Of a stretch of DNA of 64,000 bases, positions 19,578 to 29,846 are shown in pieces; the first letter of the stretch is position 1, and each line of letters starts with the position of its first letter. Below the pieces are notes generated by a model that was given only the letters and a program-made list of their open reading frames with translations, searched no databases and was not told where the DNA came from. The stretch lies in IMG/VR virus record IMGVR_UViG_3300032266_001600, positions 7,998 to 71,997 of that record. One strand, 5' to 3'. Origin of the DNA: a virus. Taxonomy: Duplodnaviria > Caudoviricetes. The position numbers were made by a program, and so were the translations under genes.

Positions 19578-21370
19578 GATCTTTTATCTACTCCAGGAAA
19601 TCCACCAAATGGCAAAAATCCATTTAAATAATCTCCAGTATAATCTTTTGGTAATCCCCAAGCATATTTTCCAAATGGATCCCAAACCATTGGTCTTCTT
19701 GGCCAAGAACCAGCATCATTAGTGGCTGAATCAAGTGTTGATGGACTAAAATTATAATAGTAAAAATGATTATACATTTTAGCTCTACTCCACCCTCCAC
19801 GAGATAATGGCCAAATTACTGGTTTAAAATATGGATTCAATTGCCACCTATTTCTACAAGCAGATATTTCTTTAGAGCAACTATCTGTTGACCAAAAAAT
19901 TCTATTAGGAGGAGCATTAAATGCATTTGAAAGATGACCAGTCAGCGACACGTAATAATATTTAACTCCCATTTTTTCTAAGAAAGTAAATTCTCCTCTT
20001 CGATAAGTATTCCCTAATCCCCATAAACCACTATCAGCTATTCTATATTGTCCACTTAACTGAACTTCTGTTAAATTTGTTCCAGCTGCTGTATTAGTAG
20101 TACTAAGTTTCCAATATTTATGCATACCTACTGTAGGCCAACCTGTTACGTATGAACCAGCTGCTTTGCCATTTAAAGTCCAATCTTGTGCTACGCCTAA
20201 AGGAGTTTTTACCGCTTCCCAAGTTGAACCATTATCTTTTGAAAAATAAAAATTAAAATTATTTGTTATTGTTGTGGCGGAATTTAAACTTAATTTTGTA
20301 ATTTCTGCTGGATTATTTAATTGAAAAGTAATAGATGCCAATCCATTAGCGTTCGTATTTGCTCCTGTGACTGAAAAATTATTATCACTTAAACTTCTTT
20401 GAGAAGAAATAGAAGATCCGCTTGTCAAATTAAAATTACTAAATGACCAAGTACTATCCCCTACTCCTGTTGCGATACGAATATGATTGATGCCAGTAAA
20501 AATATACGCATCTGATATACCATTGACATTATCTCCAGTGAATATTTTTCCTAAATACAACTCGTCATTATCTGTTGCTGTTGGAGGAGCTTCTAGTGGC
20601 AATGTTATATAATTTGCTGGAACATTTGAGCATCCCGCATATACCCCGCTATGAGCATAAGTCATTCTTTTGTGATATTCATACAAACATCCTTCTCCTC
20701 TGTATTGAAATGGACATTTTTGTGCTAAAATTTTTCTTCCTGGTAATGCAACATTTTCTATATCTAAAAGAGAAGAAAGACTATATTCAATTGTAGTTTT
20801 ACTTTCATATTCTTTTCTTTCTATATAATAAATATCTTTTGGTAATTCTAATTCAAAAAAATTATTATCTTTAGCATAAGGATTAAAATTATTAGAAAAA
20901 TTTGATGGATCTAAATATTTTAAAAAAGTTCTTATCCTTGTAAATTTACATCCAGCAAGATCTCCCAAAGACTGAATTTGTAATCTAGCATATTTATAAA
21001 AAGAATTATCACTACCATCTGGACTTGTATTAGCTAGCACCATTTTAGGATTAGCCATTGTACCTACTGAATTTAATTCAAATCCATCAACAGATATTGG
21101 AAATGGATAATAATAATTTCCTTGCCAATAAAGTTTACCTCTTGTATTTGTAGCTAAATTAAATAAATTAACATCATTAAAAATTCTCAATACCCCATTT
21201 GATATGGGTTGATTTTCTGTAGTTATAAAAGCCGTTTGAGGATATACGTCTTTCATATCTATTTCAAATAATTCTATTGGAGTACTTGGAGTTAAACTGC
21301 CTACTTCTGTATTAAAATTTTTAATACCAGAAGCGATTGTATTAAAAGTATTTGTTGCGTTAAGTGGCAT
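19574..21370 (-). CDS. Lambda L-like minor tail protein with insertion
   Basis: IELFEID; CPFQYRGEGC; DSCSKEISAC; LPFGGFPG. The four Cys match the gpL Fe-S ligand pattern. 598 aa, far longer than lambda L. Confidence 0.9.
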   Translation of the reverse strand: MPLNATNTFNTIASGIKNFNTEVGSLTPSTPIELFEIDMKDVYPQTAFITTENQPISNGVLRIFNDVNLFNLATNTRGKLYWQGNYYYPFPISVDGFELNSVGTMANPKMVLANTSPDGSDNSFYKYARLQIQSLGDLAGCKFTRIRTFLKYLDPSNFSNNFNPYAKDNNFFELELPKDIYYIERKEYESKTTIEYSLSSLLDIENVALPGRKILAQKCPFQYRGEGCLYEYHKRMTYAHSGVYAGCSNVPANYITLPLEAPPTATDNDELYLGKIFTGDNVNGISDAYIFTGINHIRIATGVGDSTWSFSNFNLTSGSSISSQRSLSDNNFSVTGANTNANGLASITFQLNNPAEITKLSLNSATTITNNFNFYFSKDNGSTWEAVKTPLGVAQDWTLNGKAAGSYVTGWPTVGMHKYWKLSTTNTAAGTNLTEVQLSGQYRIADSGLWGLGNTYRRGEFTFLEKMGVKYYYVSLTGHLSNAFNAPPNRIFWSTDSCSKEISACRNRWQLNPYFKPVIWPLSRGGWSRAKMYNHFYYYNFSPSTLDSATNDAGSWPRRPMVWDPFGKYAWGLPKDYTGDYLNGFLPFGGFPGVDKRS

Positions 21371-21371
21371 A

Positions 21372-21902
21372 TTAGGCTATTACTTCCTCGAAAGTAGCTT
21401 TAATTGAATAATTTTGATAAAAATTATATGTTGTTTCCCAATTTGGACAAATAAATCTAGTATTAAAAGAATTTTTATTATAAATTGTTGGAACATTATA
21501 TATAAAAGATATTTGACCATTCATTTGATCTAAAAAATGTAAAATAGCCACGGCTTCGCTTTCTTTTCGATTGGCAAATTCTAAATTTAAAGTTATAAGA
21601 TCAGTATTCATTCCGTCTGGTATTCTTTGCTCGTATCCATTTCCAAATTTTACTCTATTGATTCTTGGAGACGCTTGTACTACGGTAGAATACGATGGTT
21701 TCCAATAAAAATCTGGTATATAATTACCATTAATAATAACATATCCATCCCAAAAGGCACTTAGACTTGAAATTGGATCATTATTTAAATTATTATCTTT
21801 TAAAGAATAATAATATCTACTATATTCCCCAGAGGCTATACCATATTTTGGATATACAACCTGTGGACGCCAACCTGTTATTGTGTCATTTATACTAGCC
21901 AT
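21372..21902 (-). CDS. Lambda M-like minor tail (distal tail) protein
   Basis: PRINRVKFGNGYEQRIPDGMN...IKATFEEV. Confidence 0.85.
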   Translation of the reverse strand: MASINDTITGWRPQVVYPKYGIASGEYSRYYYSLKDNNLNNDPISSLSAFWDGYVIINGNYIPDFYWKPSYSTVVQASPRINRVKFGNGYEQRIPDGMNTDLITLNLEFANRKESEAVAILHFLDQMNGQISFIYNVPTIYNKNSFNTRFICPNWETTYNFYQNYSIKATFEEVIA

Positions 21903-21924
21903 AAACCTTTTACCTTCTTTATTA

Positions 21925-21941
21925 TTACACTATAAGTGTAA
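21925..21941. promoter_or_regulatory. Back-to-back divergent GTGTAA motifs (TTACAC-TATAA-GTGTAA)
   Basis: Inverted repeat between the divergent M-like gene and the tube paralogue. Confidence 0.7.
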
Positions 21942-21951
21942 ATTATAATAC

Positions 21952-22752
21952 ATGTACTCTAATATTTCTAATCAAAATCTTTTTATAGATGGTATGATGG
22001 TTTCTGGTATAACTAGTTTGAATTTAACTTACGATACGAATATAACTCCTTCGTTTGCAATAGATGATTCTGGTATAAATTATTTAGCATCACAACCAAT
22101 AAGAGCTAGCCTCTCTGTTAATTTACTAGGAAATTCTAACGATCCTTTTATCAATTATACTGGTAATAAATTATTTTCTGGTAGGGTAGAATATGGAGAT
22201 AGATACATAGAATTTCAAAGTGGTGCATTAAACTCTTATAGTATTAGGCACACGAAATATTCTCCTATTGAGGTAGGAATTAATGCTGTTATATATGGAG
22301 AACTTGGACAAAGGACTGGAAATTATAATATTGTAAATTATAATCAAGAATTGCCTATATATAACTTTCATTATGTTGATATTGATTTAGATGAAGTAAA
22401 TTCAAATCCAACTAATTCTTTCGATGTTACTATTACTTCTAGTAGAAATGAAGTTTATGAAATTGGTGAAATTCTACCCACTTATATTCAATTAATATAT
22501 CCAATATCAACAACATTTAATTGTAATTTAGAAATTAGTGAATTAAATTTTGAAAATATAAGAAATATAATAAATAATTTAAACCTTAGAAATTTAAATA
22601 TTAATTTAAAAAATTTAAATGGGACTTCGACGGCAAGAATATTGACTCTTAAAGATTTAGTTCTTATGAATAAGAATATGTCGCTAAGTAGTCAAAGTAA
22701 TGGCACAGCTGAATTAGGTTTTACAACTTTTATAGTAAGTGGAGAGAGTTAA
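21952..22752 (+). CDS. Tail tube paralogue (minor tube-like protein)
   Basis: SFDVTITSSRNEVYEIGEILPTYIQLIYPISTTFNCNLEI aligns by eye with the tube segment SYKLNFDLGRTPIERLGSRFAFAREINFPVTVNLSIDAQV. Confidence 0.6.
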   Translation: MYSNISNQNLFIDGMMVSGITSLNLTYDTNITPSFAIDDSGINYLASQPIRASLSVNLLGNSNDPFINYTGNKLFSGRVEYGDRYIEFQSGALNSYSIRHTKYSPIEVGINAVIYGELGQRTGNYNIVNYNQELPIYNFHYVDIDLDEVNSNPTNSFDVTITSSRNEVYEIGEILPTYIQLIYPISTTFNCNLEISELNFENIRNIINNLNLRNLNINLKNLNGTSTARILTLKDLVLMNKNMSLSSQSNGTAELGFTTFIVSGES

Positions 22753-23534
22753 GCTTTTTTGATTCTTTCTATAAGTTCGAATATTTTAACTTTTGGTATG
22801 TCATTAATTGATTTAAGTTCAGATGCATTATCAAAATTCTCTTTAATTAATTTCTTTTTTAAGGAATCAAAAGATATTGATTTATCTTTCATTACCTTTT
22901 CCAATAGAACATGTGGAGAAGTTGGATTTTCTTGCACGATAGAAGAATCATCTATAAGTTTTGCATCACCTAACTCTTCTTGAGAAACGATGTTGATTTT
23001 AAGAAAATTACGAACACATCTAACAAATGCTCTATTTTCTGCTATTGCAGCTAAAAATAGCCTAGCAAAACTTTTTGTATTCTGAGTAGACGCATCAGCT
23101 AAGGATTCGAATACTACTTCTTTACCTTCTGTTTCATAATTTGGTGTCCATGTAATTCTGCAAGATGTTGCGAAATAATTTTCAGAAGCTGCTACTACTT
23201 TATATTCAACACTTGTATATCCACGAATTTGAGCAAGCTCTTTTATTCCTCCAAGAAGAATAAGTAAATCTTTATCTTGGAGTTTTGAAACATCTGTTTC
23301 CTGCGTCTTTTGCCTATTTGGAACAAGATATTGAGTTTTAACCATAGCTCGCCAATTTATAGTATAATCTTCATTATAAATATATTTAATGTTTTCATTT
23401 TCAATTAATCCATAACTATTTCTTTTGATATATTTACTTGGAAAGTTAATACACTTTTCTTCTTTTCCAGAGGGTGTGAATGTTATATTGGCTGGAATTA
23501 TAGTAGATACTACTTCTTTATTGCTTTCACTCAT
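22749..23534 (-). CDS. Putative single-strand annealing protein (Rad52/Sak-like)
   Basis: LGGIKELAQIRG and AIAENRAFVRCVRNFLKI resemble the AETRA..RA.R helix of phage annealing proteins. Confidence 0.45.
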   Translation of the reverse strand: MSESNKEVVSTIIPANITFTPSGKEEKCINFPSKYIKRNSYGLIENENIKYIYNEDYTINWRAMVKTQYLVPNRQKTQETDVSKLQDKDLLILLGGIKELAQIRGYTSVEYKVVAASENYFATSCRITWTPNYETEGKEVVFESLADASTQNTKSFARLFLAAIAENRAFVRCVRNFLKINIVSQEELGDAKLIDDSSIVQENPTSPHVLLEKVMKDKSISFDSLKKKLIKENFDNASELKSINDIPKVKIFELIERIKKA

Positions 23535-23541
23535 TAATATA

Positions 23542-23570
23542 ATTATAATTTATTTTTGATATAAAATCAA
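23542..23570 (-). promoter_or_regulatory. Sigma70-type promoter TTGATT-N17-TATAAT, 7 nt before the ATG
   Basis: Exact 17-nt spacer; -35 overlaps the TGA of the upstream gene. Confidence 0.8.
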
Positions 23571-24748
23571 GCTATTTCTTTAAATATATAAAAGAAGCTT
23601 GAGTCTTGTAGGAATAATTCGTCGTTTAATATATTTGAACATTCAAAAATTTCATTATTTTCATATGGAATCCCCATTTTAGCATGATACAAAGAAGGGT
23701 AAATTTTATTATTTGCCAAGGTTTTTTTAGAAGAAATAAATTTAATTTTTTCTAAATTTGATTTAGGCATTTTTTCTTTATACTTTTCTAAATCAATTTT
23801 CATTATATGACCTATATCCATGTAATGAATTTTCATTTGATCTATTTCTTTATCATCTAAAAATGAAACAATTTCATAGTCTATTCCTAAATTATTAAAT
23901 TGAGTGATATATTCTGGATCAAAAGATTTATCTATAAAAAATATAACTTTAGTTATTTGATTTTTATAATTTTGAATTAATTTTATATCAATCATTTTAT
24001 TTGTTAAAATGCAGCATTTAGAAATGTTTAGCTGTTGTTCAAGAACTTCTAAATCAAAAACCTGATCCATTCGAACATTGATATGGTCAATGTTTAATTT
24101 AGATATATCTATAGGGTTAGTTGGTATCATTTCTATAATTGAATTTGAACAATTGTCTCCAAAAAATAAACTTTCAATACTAATTGAATGTTTTATTTTT
24201 AATAAATTAAGGGTTTGAGAGGCGATTTCTTCTGGTTTGATTAAATTAATTGTTTTATCTTTTTCAAAAGCAGAATAAGAAGGCTTTAATCCGTCTCGGC
24301 TACTTTCTATTAGTATTTGATTTCTCTTATCTCCCCAATAAGGCATCGAATGATCTTTATACATATTGCAGTAAAGACCGACGATAGGTTTATTATAAAA
24401 ACTAGCAAGATGTATTGGGAAGCTATCTATACCTAACAATAGAATAGAATTTTTTATTAAATAAGCTAATTGATTAAAATCTGTTTGTCCATTAGTTACA
24501 TAGCAGAAATTAGGAAACATTTCTTCTTCTTTATTTCCTATTTGTACTATTTTTATATTGTTTGCGTCTAAATATGGTTTTATTAAATCTAAAGTTTGCT
24601 TCCAGTAATCATATTTTCTAGAGGAAAATTTTGATGGTGCATGAAAAACTATATACTTGTCAAATGGAAGTGGGAAAAACTTTTCAAAAATAAAAGGTTT
24701 TTTAATTTTGACTCCACACGCTAAAGAGTATTGTTCAAGTATATGCAT
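23567..24748 (-). CDS. GT9 (heptosyltransferase-like) glycosyltransferase with C-terminal extension
   Basis: Probable start ATG 24748 (MHILEQYSLACG); KYDYW; IVQIG; LLLGIDSFPIHLAS. Confidence 0.7.
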   Translation of the reverse strand: MHILEQYSLACGVKIKKPFIFEKFFPLPFDKYIVFHAPSKFSSRKYDYWKQTLDLIKPYLDANNIKIVQIGNKEEEMFPNFCYVTNGQTDFNQLAYLIKNSILLLGIDSFPIHLASFYNKPIVGLYCNMYKDHSMPYWGDKRNQILIESSRDGLKPSYSAFEKDKTINLIKPEEIASQTLNLLKIKHSISIESLFFGDNCSNSIIEMIPTNPIDISKLNIDHINVRMDQVFDLEVLEQQLNISKCCILTNKMIDIKLIQNYKNQITKVIFFIDKSFDPEYITQFNNLGIDYEIVSFLDDKEIDQMKIHYMDIGHIMKIDLEKYKEKMPKSNLEKIKFISSKKTLANNKIYPSLYHAKMGIPYENNEIFECSNILNDELFLQDSSFFYIFKEIA

Positions 24749-24749
24749 T

Positions 24750-26663
24750 TTAAAAATCCTTAATATCAAATTGTATTTGATCTTTAGCATTATGTAAATA
24801 ATTTAATATTCTTTGCGTACCTAAATGAGGTAAAAATGCTATATCAAAAAACCCTTTGTGCTCACCAGCACCTTCTAACCATAAAAGATTGTCCATTTCT
24901 GGAATATATTGCAAAACTTTGTGGACATGCGGATTTGCTTCTAATATAGAAAAATACTCGGGTTTTGTCGCTACATATAAATCATGTTTTGGATAAACTG
25001 TTTTAATAGATTCAAACAGCGAGCTGATCATGAAAACATCTCCCGCACTTTCTGGCATAGTAACTAATATTCTTTTTTCATTTTCACTTAAAAGAGATTC
25101 AAATGTAATCTTTTTATTTTTTTGATTTTCTTGAAAAGCTACATTTCTAAAATAATTTTCTATATCTTTTCTAGATGTTCCTTTGGATATTTCATTCATC
25201 CAGTATTTATGACCATCATCGTTTTCATCAATTTCTTTCATTTTAAGAATATGATGATACATATATTTTATCCATTCCACATTGTCGCTTATCTCTGGTA
25301 TAGCGCAATTTGGATCTTTTTGTTCTGGTGATAAACTTATATTATTCCAATCAGCATAATCGCTTTCGTCAATGAATTTTGATAAAAAACTACCGATTGT
25401 TTTAATTGAGTAATTTTGTAAAGTCCATTCTCTAGCTTTAGATCCAATCTCCCTTCTTTTTTCTATTGGCATTTTCCACACTTTATGTAATTGTTTAGCT
25501 ATTGAAGTCGGTAGAGTTGAAGCTTTCCTAAATTCTGTTCCATGCTCTCTGTATTCGCTCCATTCAAGAGGAATGCTTTGGGCTTCTTCTTGACACATTT
25601 CTTCTCCACATGAGTAATTGGTTACTAATGTAATAAGTTCTGTTAATTTCGCTTCTTGGATTGGTATTTCTTGTCCACCGCTAGTAAATGGATGACAATA
25701 TACATCCATTAAATTGTATACCTCATTCAATTGTTTTTCTGAAATTCCATATCCAACACTAGTAGTAGAACAGCTTTTTTTATTTTGGCAAATTGGGCAA
25801 TCTGAATTTGGACCAATAAATGGATGAACAAAGTATTCTTTGCATTTTTTACATATATATGTAGTCAATATTTCTTTTAGATCTATGTTAAATTCTTTAG
25901 CAAGTTTTGGTATGTTCCATCCTTCTTCCCAATGAGTATGTAATAATAGGTATGTATTTTTAACTTCTGGATTTCTATTTTTCCATAAAGCATATCCTTC
26001 TAATAAATTAGGAACACTTTTTCTTAATTGGTTACGAAACACAAACCCTATTACAAATGCATCTTTAGAGATGTTAAATTTTTTTCTAAGATCTTCTCTC
26101 TGATGATTTTCAAGTCTATAAAAAGATTGATCTTCTAAAGCTCCATGTACAGTTTTTATATGCTTATGCCCGAGTTCATGCATGCTCTTAGTTGCGAAGT
26201 CGCTCCAAATCCAATAATTTTTAACTTTATCTGCGCACTTCAAAGCGGTATCAAGTATAGGAAGAGAGTCTAGGGTGGTCCATATTGCAGAGGTAATTTT
26301 ATTAAACCAAGGAGTTTCAATAGCATAGTCCACTCCCCAAATGTCTTGTATGCCAATATAAACATCTGGCTTTTCTTGTTCTATTATTTTATTTAAATTA
26401 TATTCGCCATAACTGGCTTGTCTGGCTAGATGTGGGTCACGATTAATATTATTTAGTTCCTCTTTTGTATCTGGAAGTGCGCCATAAGATTTCCATGGAA
26501 CTTTTTGTAATTCTGGATTTGACCAATTTAATGCGCATGCATATTGCACCAAATCATATTTATTTGTTTTAAATAAATATTTTAAAATTGCTTTAGCATT
26601 TCTTCCAAAACCTGTTTTGGCTAAAGCAAAATCAGTATGTATTAAAACTTTTTTCTTTTTCAC
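24750..26663 (-). CDS. GT4 glycosyltransferase with CxxC-CxxC insertion and a C-terminal GT9-like domain
   Basis: TGFGR; FRNQLRKSVP; FTSGGQEIPIQEAK; CKKC...CPIC; C-terminal ESAGDVFMISSL...ILEANPHVHKV. Confidence 0.85.
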   Translation of the reverse strand: MKKKKVLIHTDFALAKTGFGRNAKAILKYLFKTNKYDLVQYACALNWSNPELQKVPWKSYGALPDTKEELNNINRDPHLARQASYGEYNLNKIIEQEKPDVYIGIQDIWGVDYAIETPWFNKITSAIWTTLDSLPILDTALKCADKVKNYWIWSDFATKSMHELGHKHIKTVHGALEDQSFYRLENHQREDLRKKFNISKDAFVIGFVFRNQLRKSVPNLLEGYALWKNRNPEVKNTYLLLHTHWEEGWNIPKLAKEFNIDLKEILTTYICKKCKEYFVHPFIGPNSDCPICQNKKSCSTTSVGYGISEKQLNEVYNLMDVYCHPFTSGGQEIPIQEAKLTELITLVTNYSCGEEMCQEEAQSIPLEWSEYREHGTEFRKASTLPTSIAKQLHKVWKMPIEKRREIGSKAREWTLQNYSIKTIGSFLSKFIDESDYADWNNISLSPEQKDPNCAIPEISDNVEWIKYMYHHILKMKEIDENDDGHKYWMNEISKGTSRKDIENYFRNVAFQENQKNKKITFESLLSENEKRILVTMPESAGDVFMISSLFESIKTVYPKHDLYVATKPEYFSILEANPHVHKVLQYIPEMDNLLWLEGAGEHKGFFDIAFLPHLGTQRILNYLHNAKDQIQFDIKDF

Positions 26664-26666
26664 AGA

Positions 26667-27215
26667 TTACCAAAGGTCGGCATCTTCTTGAACTTGATTA
26701 TCTACTTTTTCTTCTTTATTAGGATTTGTTGAATTTTTAATTTTTTTAATTGTTTCTATTCTTTGAGATTCGAAAACCGAATCTAATGCATAAGATAAAA
26801 ATTGCTTCAATAAACGTGCTTCATTGAAATAGAAGCCAATTAAATATGATTGTTTATTTTCGCTGTTTTGCTTATCTGTTTTAGATACCATATAAGAAAA
26901 TCCAACTTGTTTGTCGTCCCTGACATATGGGGATAATTTAATTTGTGTTGATTGCTTTTCTGATGTATGATATGCAGAAAATTCGCTATTTCTTTCTAAA
27001 GCATCCAAAAGGCCAGCCGCTTCGGTTAATGAAAACTTAATCTTAACACTTTTGCTTGGATTGTTTTGATTTTCAGAAAATGAACCGATTTTCTTCACTT
27101 CATTCCAAGAAGATTGTTTGATTAAAGAACTCCAAATTGAAGCATCTTTTGAATTTACTGTAAAACTGCAAGCGGTTCCAGTATTTTTACTATTAGGTTT
27201 ATAAAATGATATCAT
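26667..27215 (-). CDS. Putative ssDNA-binding protein (PC4/Whirly-like)
   Basis: Beta-strands followed by KFSLTEAAGLL helix, duplicated fold pattern, acidic tail (EDADLW); adjacent to dnaE. Confidence 0.4.
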   Translation of the reverse strand: MISFYKPNSKNTGTACSFTVNSKDASIWSSLIKQSSWNEVKKIGSFSENQNNPSKSVKIKFSLTEAAGLLDALERNSEFSAYHTSEKQSTQIKLSPYVRDDKQVGFSYMVSKTDKQNSENKQSYLIGFYFNEARLLKQFLSYALDSVFESQRIETIKKIKNSTNPNKEEKVDNQVQEDADLW

Positions 27216-27223
27216 ATAACTTT

Positions 27224-27252
27224 ATATTACGATTTATATTCAAAAATGTCAA
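27224..27252 (-). promoter_or_regulatory. Sigma70-type promoter TTGACA-N17-TAATAT, 8 nt before the ATG
   Basis: Consensus -35 overlapping the dnaE TGA stop. Confidence 0.8.
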
Positions 27253-29846
27253 TTATTTTTATCAATCTTTTTTAAATCATTCAACTTCATATATATTTGA
27301 TGGTCTTGAATAGCTATTAAATCTCCAAATATACAATCATCTCTTTTTGAGCCTTTTGCTATAACGATATTACCTTCTTCAAAAGCTTTATTATTTAATA
27401 GTTTATTATTTTCAATGTTATCATTAAATATCAATACGCTAATAGCTGATGTTTCATCTGATATTTTTAATCTTACATATCTGGTTTTCTTTTCATTTTT
27501 AGAAACACCAGTATAAACCTCTTCAATTTGTCCTACTAAAGCTACTTTAGTATTGACTTGCTCATCAATAACATCACTTATATATTTGAGATTTTCTCTT
27601 TTTTCAGCAAAAATATCTCTTAGATTTTTATTATAAGTATATCCCAAGAGTTTCTTTTCATAATACCAATTCGCAAAACTTTCACTTTTACTATTTTGAT
27701 TATAAATTTGAAGATATGGTTCATATTTAGTCTTAATAGTATTTAATCTTGCATCTTTAATAACTACATTATTCTTTTCGTCAGTAAATTTATTAAGATG
27801 TTTAATGATTTTAATTAAATCATAATCAAACTTTTCAGCAAATGAAATAGAATATTTCTTTTCTTTTGCAGTTAAAATATTCCATAATTGAGCTTCTAGT
27901 ACAATTTTACTTCTAGATTGATTAAAACCACTCAATGCTCCTGCTTGAATTAAAGAAGAGAGCACCCCAATATTAAGATTGGCTTCTTCTGCTGCTTGGA
28001 ATATTTCAAATTTATTGGAATATTTATTTCTAAAACTATTAAGCTTTTCAATAGACTTATCACTAATACCTTTAATTGATAACAAGCCAAATCTAATATC
28101 TTTATCTTCTATTGAAAAATCCATCTGTGATTTAATAATGTGAGGTGGAAGAAGTTTAATATCAAATTCATGCATCTCTTTTTGAATTTTAGAAATTTCA
28201 CCAATTGGATCGGGCTCATTTCTGCTCATCTTCAATAAAGACAAAAAGAATTGCTGCGGATAATTAAATTTCAAATAAATTGTAACTGCTGCTAAAGCTG
28301 CATAAGCCAACGAATGACTTTTATTAAATGAATAATTTGCAGAATCCTCTAGAATTTTCCAAAGAATCTCTCCTACTTCTTTGGGTATTTTATTTTCTTT
28401 AATTTTCAATTCAATTTTTTTCTTCCAAGCTTTGATTTCTTCTGTTTTCTTTTTGCCAACAATTCTTCTTAAGATTTCTGCTTCGTCAAGAGTAAACCCA
28501 ATTTTATGAGCCATTTTCATTAACTGCTCTTGATATAAAGCTACTCCACCCGTTTCTTTTAGAATTTCATCAAAAAATGGGTGAATACTTTCTGATTGTT
28601 GATAATTTGTATGAGCAGCATATTTATCTACGAATTGCAAAGCTCCAGGTCTTGCGAGAGCTAATACTCCACTAAGTTCTTCAAGATTTTTAGGTTTTAC
28701 TTTTTGGCAAACTCTAAAATTAGTTTCTGCTTCGATTTGGAATAATCCATGAGGAGATTTTAATTCCTGTAAATTTCTATAAATAGATTCATGATTTAAA
28801 TCAATATCTTCTAATTTGATTCCTATATTTTTACAAACGTCATCGACAACAGAAACACTTCTTAAACCTAAAATATCAAGTTTAATATTAAATATACTAA
28901 CCCAATTCATATCAAAACTGGAAACAGGCTCTTTATCAGAAGAGAATTCTGTTGGGCATACTGTTTCTAAATCATAATAGGAAAGAAGAACTCCAGACGG
29001 ATGAACTCCTTTATTTTTAATCAAATCTCTTAATTTTAAAGCAATCTGAAATGTTTCTTTGTTTTCATCACACCAATCTTTAAATTTTTCTACTTCTTCG
29101 TATGCAGTATTAATATCTTTGACTTGACCATAAACTTTTGGGATTAAGGAGGAAATATTAGTCATTTCTTCTTCGCTTTTTTCTCCTACAATTTTACCAC
29201 ATTCTTTAATAAGCAATTTTCCACTTAAAGTATTTAATGTTAAAATTTTGCTTGTTTTACCTTTGAATTTTGTTTCTAAGTATTGAAGTACTTTTTGACG
29301 ATTATAGTAGCAAATATCAAGATCTACATCACACATCAAACTACCATCTAAATATGTTATTTCGTCAACAACTTGCTTTTTAGCTCTAATCTTAGATATA
29401 AATCTTTCAAAATAAAGGTCGTATCTTACTGGATCAATTCTTGTAACCCCAATCAAATATAAAATTAATGATCCTGCTGCTGAACCTCTACCTAATCCTA
29501 TGGGAATATCATTAGTCTTACAGAAATTAATAACATCCCAAACTAGTAAAATATAATCAATAAAACCTAATTCTTTTAATGTATCAAGTTCATGTTTAGC
29601 TCTATCAATGTATTTTTTATAATCTTTATTATTTTTATCTATATTTAATTTTTTAAAACCATCTAAAGACAATGCTCTTAAAAAATCATAATTAGATACA
29701 TCTTCACTAATGTTTAAATGCCTTTTCAGAGAAGATTCTATTTCAAATTCTGGAAGCCTAACCCCATGAAGTCCTAGATCCGTAGTGTCAAATTTAGAAG
29801 AAAATATTTTATCTTGCGAAATATTATTCATTTGAATCTTCTCCAT
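27249..29846 (-). CDS. dnaE: DNA polymerase III alpha subunit, catalytic part lacking the PHP domain
   Basis: GLGRGSAAGSL; DVDLD catalytic aspartates; HPSGV; KLDILGL; YQEQLM; YSFNKSH; RFGLLSIKG; C-terminal OB fold. Confidence 0.95.
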   Translation of the reverse strand: MEKIQMNNISQDKIFSSKFDTTDLGLHGVRLPEFEIESSLKRHLNISEDVSNYDFLRALSLDGFKKLNIDKNNKDYKKYIDRAKHELDTLKELGFIDYILLVWDVINFCKTNDIPIGLGRGSAAGSLILYLIGVTRIDPVRYDLYFERFISKIRAKKQVVDEITYLDGSLMCDVDLDICYYNRQKVLQYLETKFKGKTSKILTLNTLSGKLLIKECGKIVGEKSEEEMTNISSLIPKVYGQVKDINTAYEEVEKFKDWCDENKETFQIALKLRDLIKNKGVHPSGVLLSYYDLETVCPTEFSSDKEPVSSFDMNWVSIFNIKLDILGLRSVSVVDDVCKNIGIKLEDIDLNHESIYRNLQELKSPHGLFQIEAETNFRVCQKVKPKNLEELSGVLALARPGALQFVDKYAAHTNYQQSESIHPFFDEILKETGGVALYQEQLMKMAHKIGFTLDEAEILRRIVGKKKTEEIKAWKKKIELKIKENKIPKEVGEILWKILEDSANYSFNKSHSLAYAALAAVTIYLKFNYPQQFFLSLLKMSRNEPDPIGEISKIQKEMHEFDIKLLPPHIIKSQMDFSIEDKDIRFGLLSIKGISDKSIEKLNSFRNKYSNKFEIFQAAEEANLNIGVLSSLIQAGALSGFNQSRSKIVLEAQLWNILTAKEKKYSISFAEKFDYDLIKIIKHLNKFTDEKNNVVIKDARLNTIKTKYEPYLQIYNQNSKSESFANWYYEKKLLGYTYNKNLRDIFAEKRENLKYISDVIDEQVNTKVALVGQIEEVYTGVSKNEKKTRYVRLKISDETSAISVLIFNDNIENNKLLNNKAFEEGNIVIAKGSKRDDCIFGDLIAIQDHQIYMKLNDLKKIDKNN

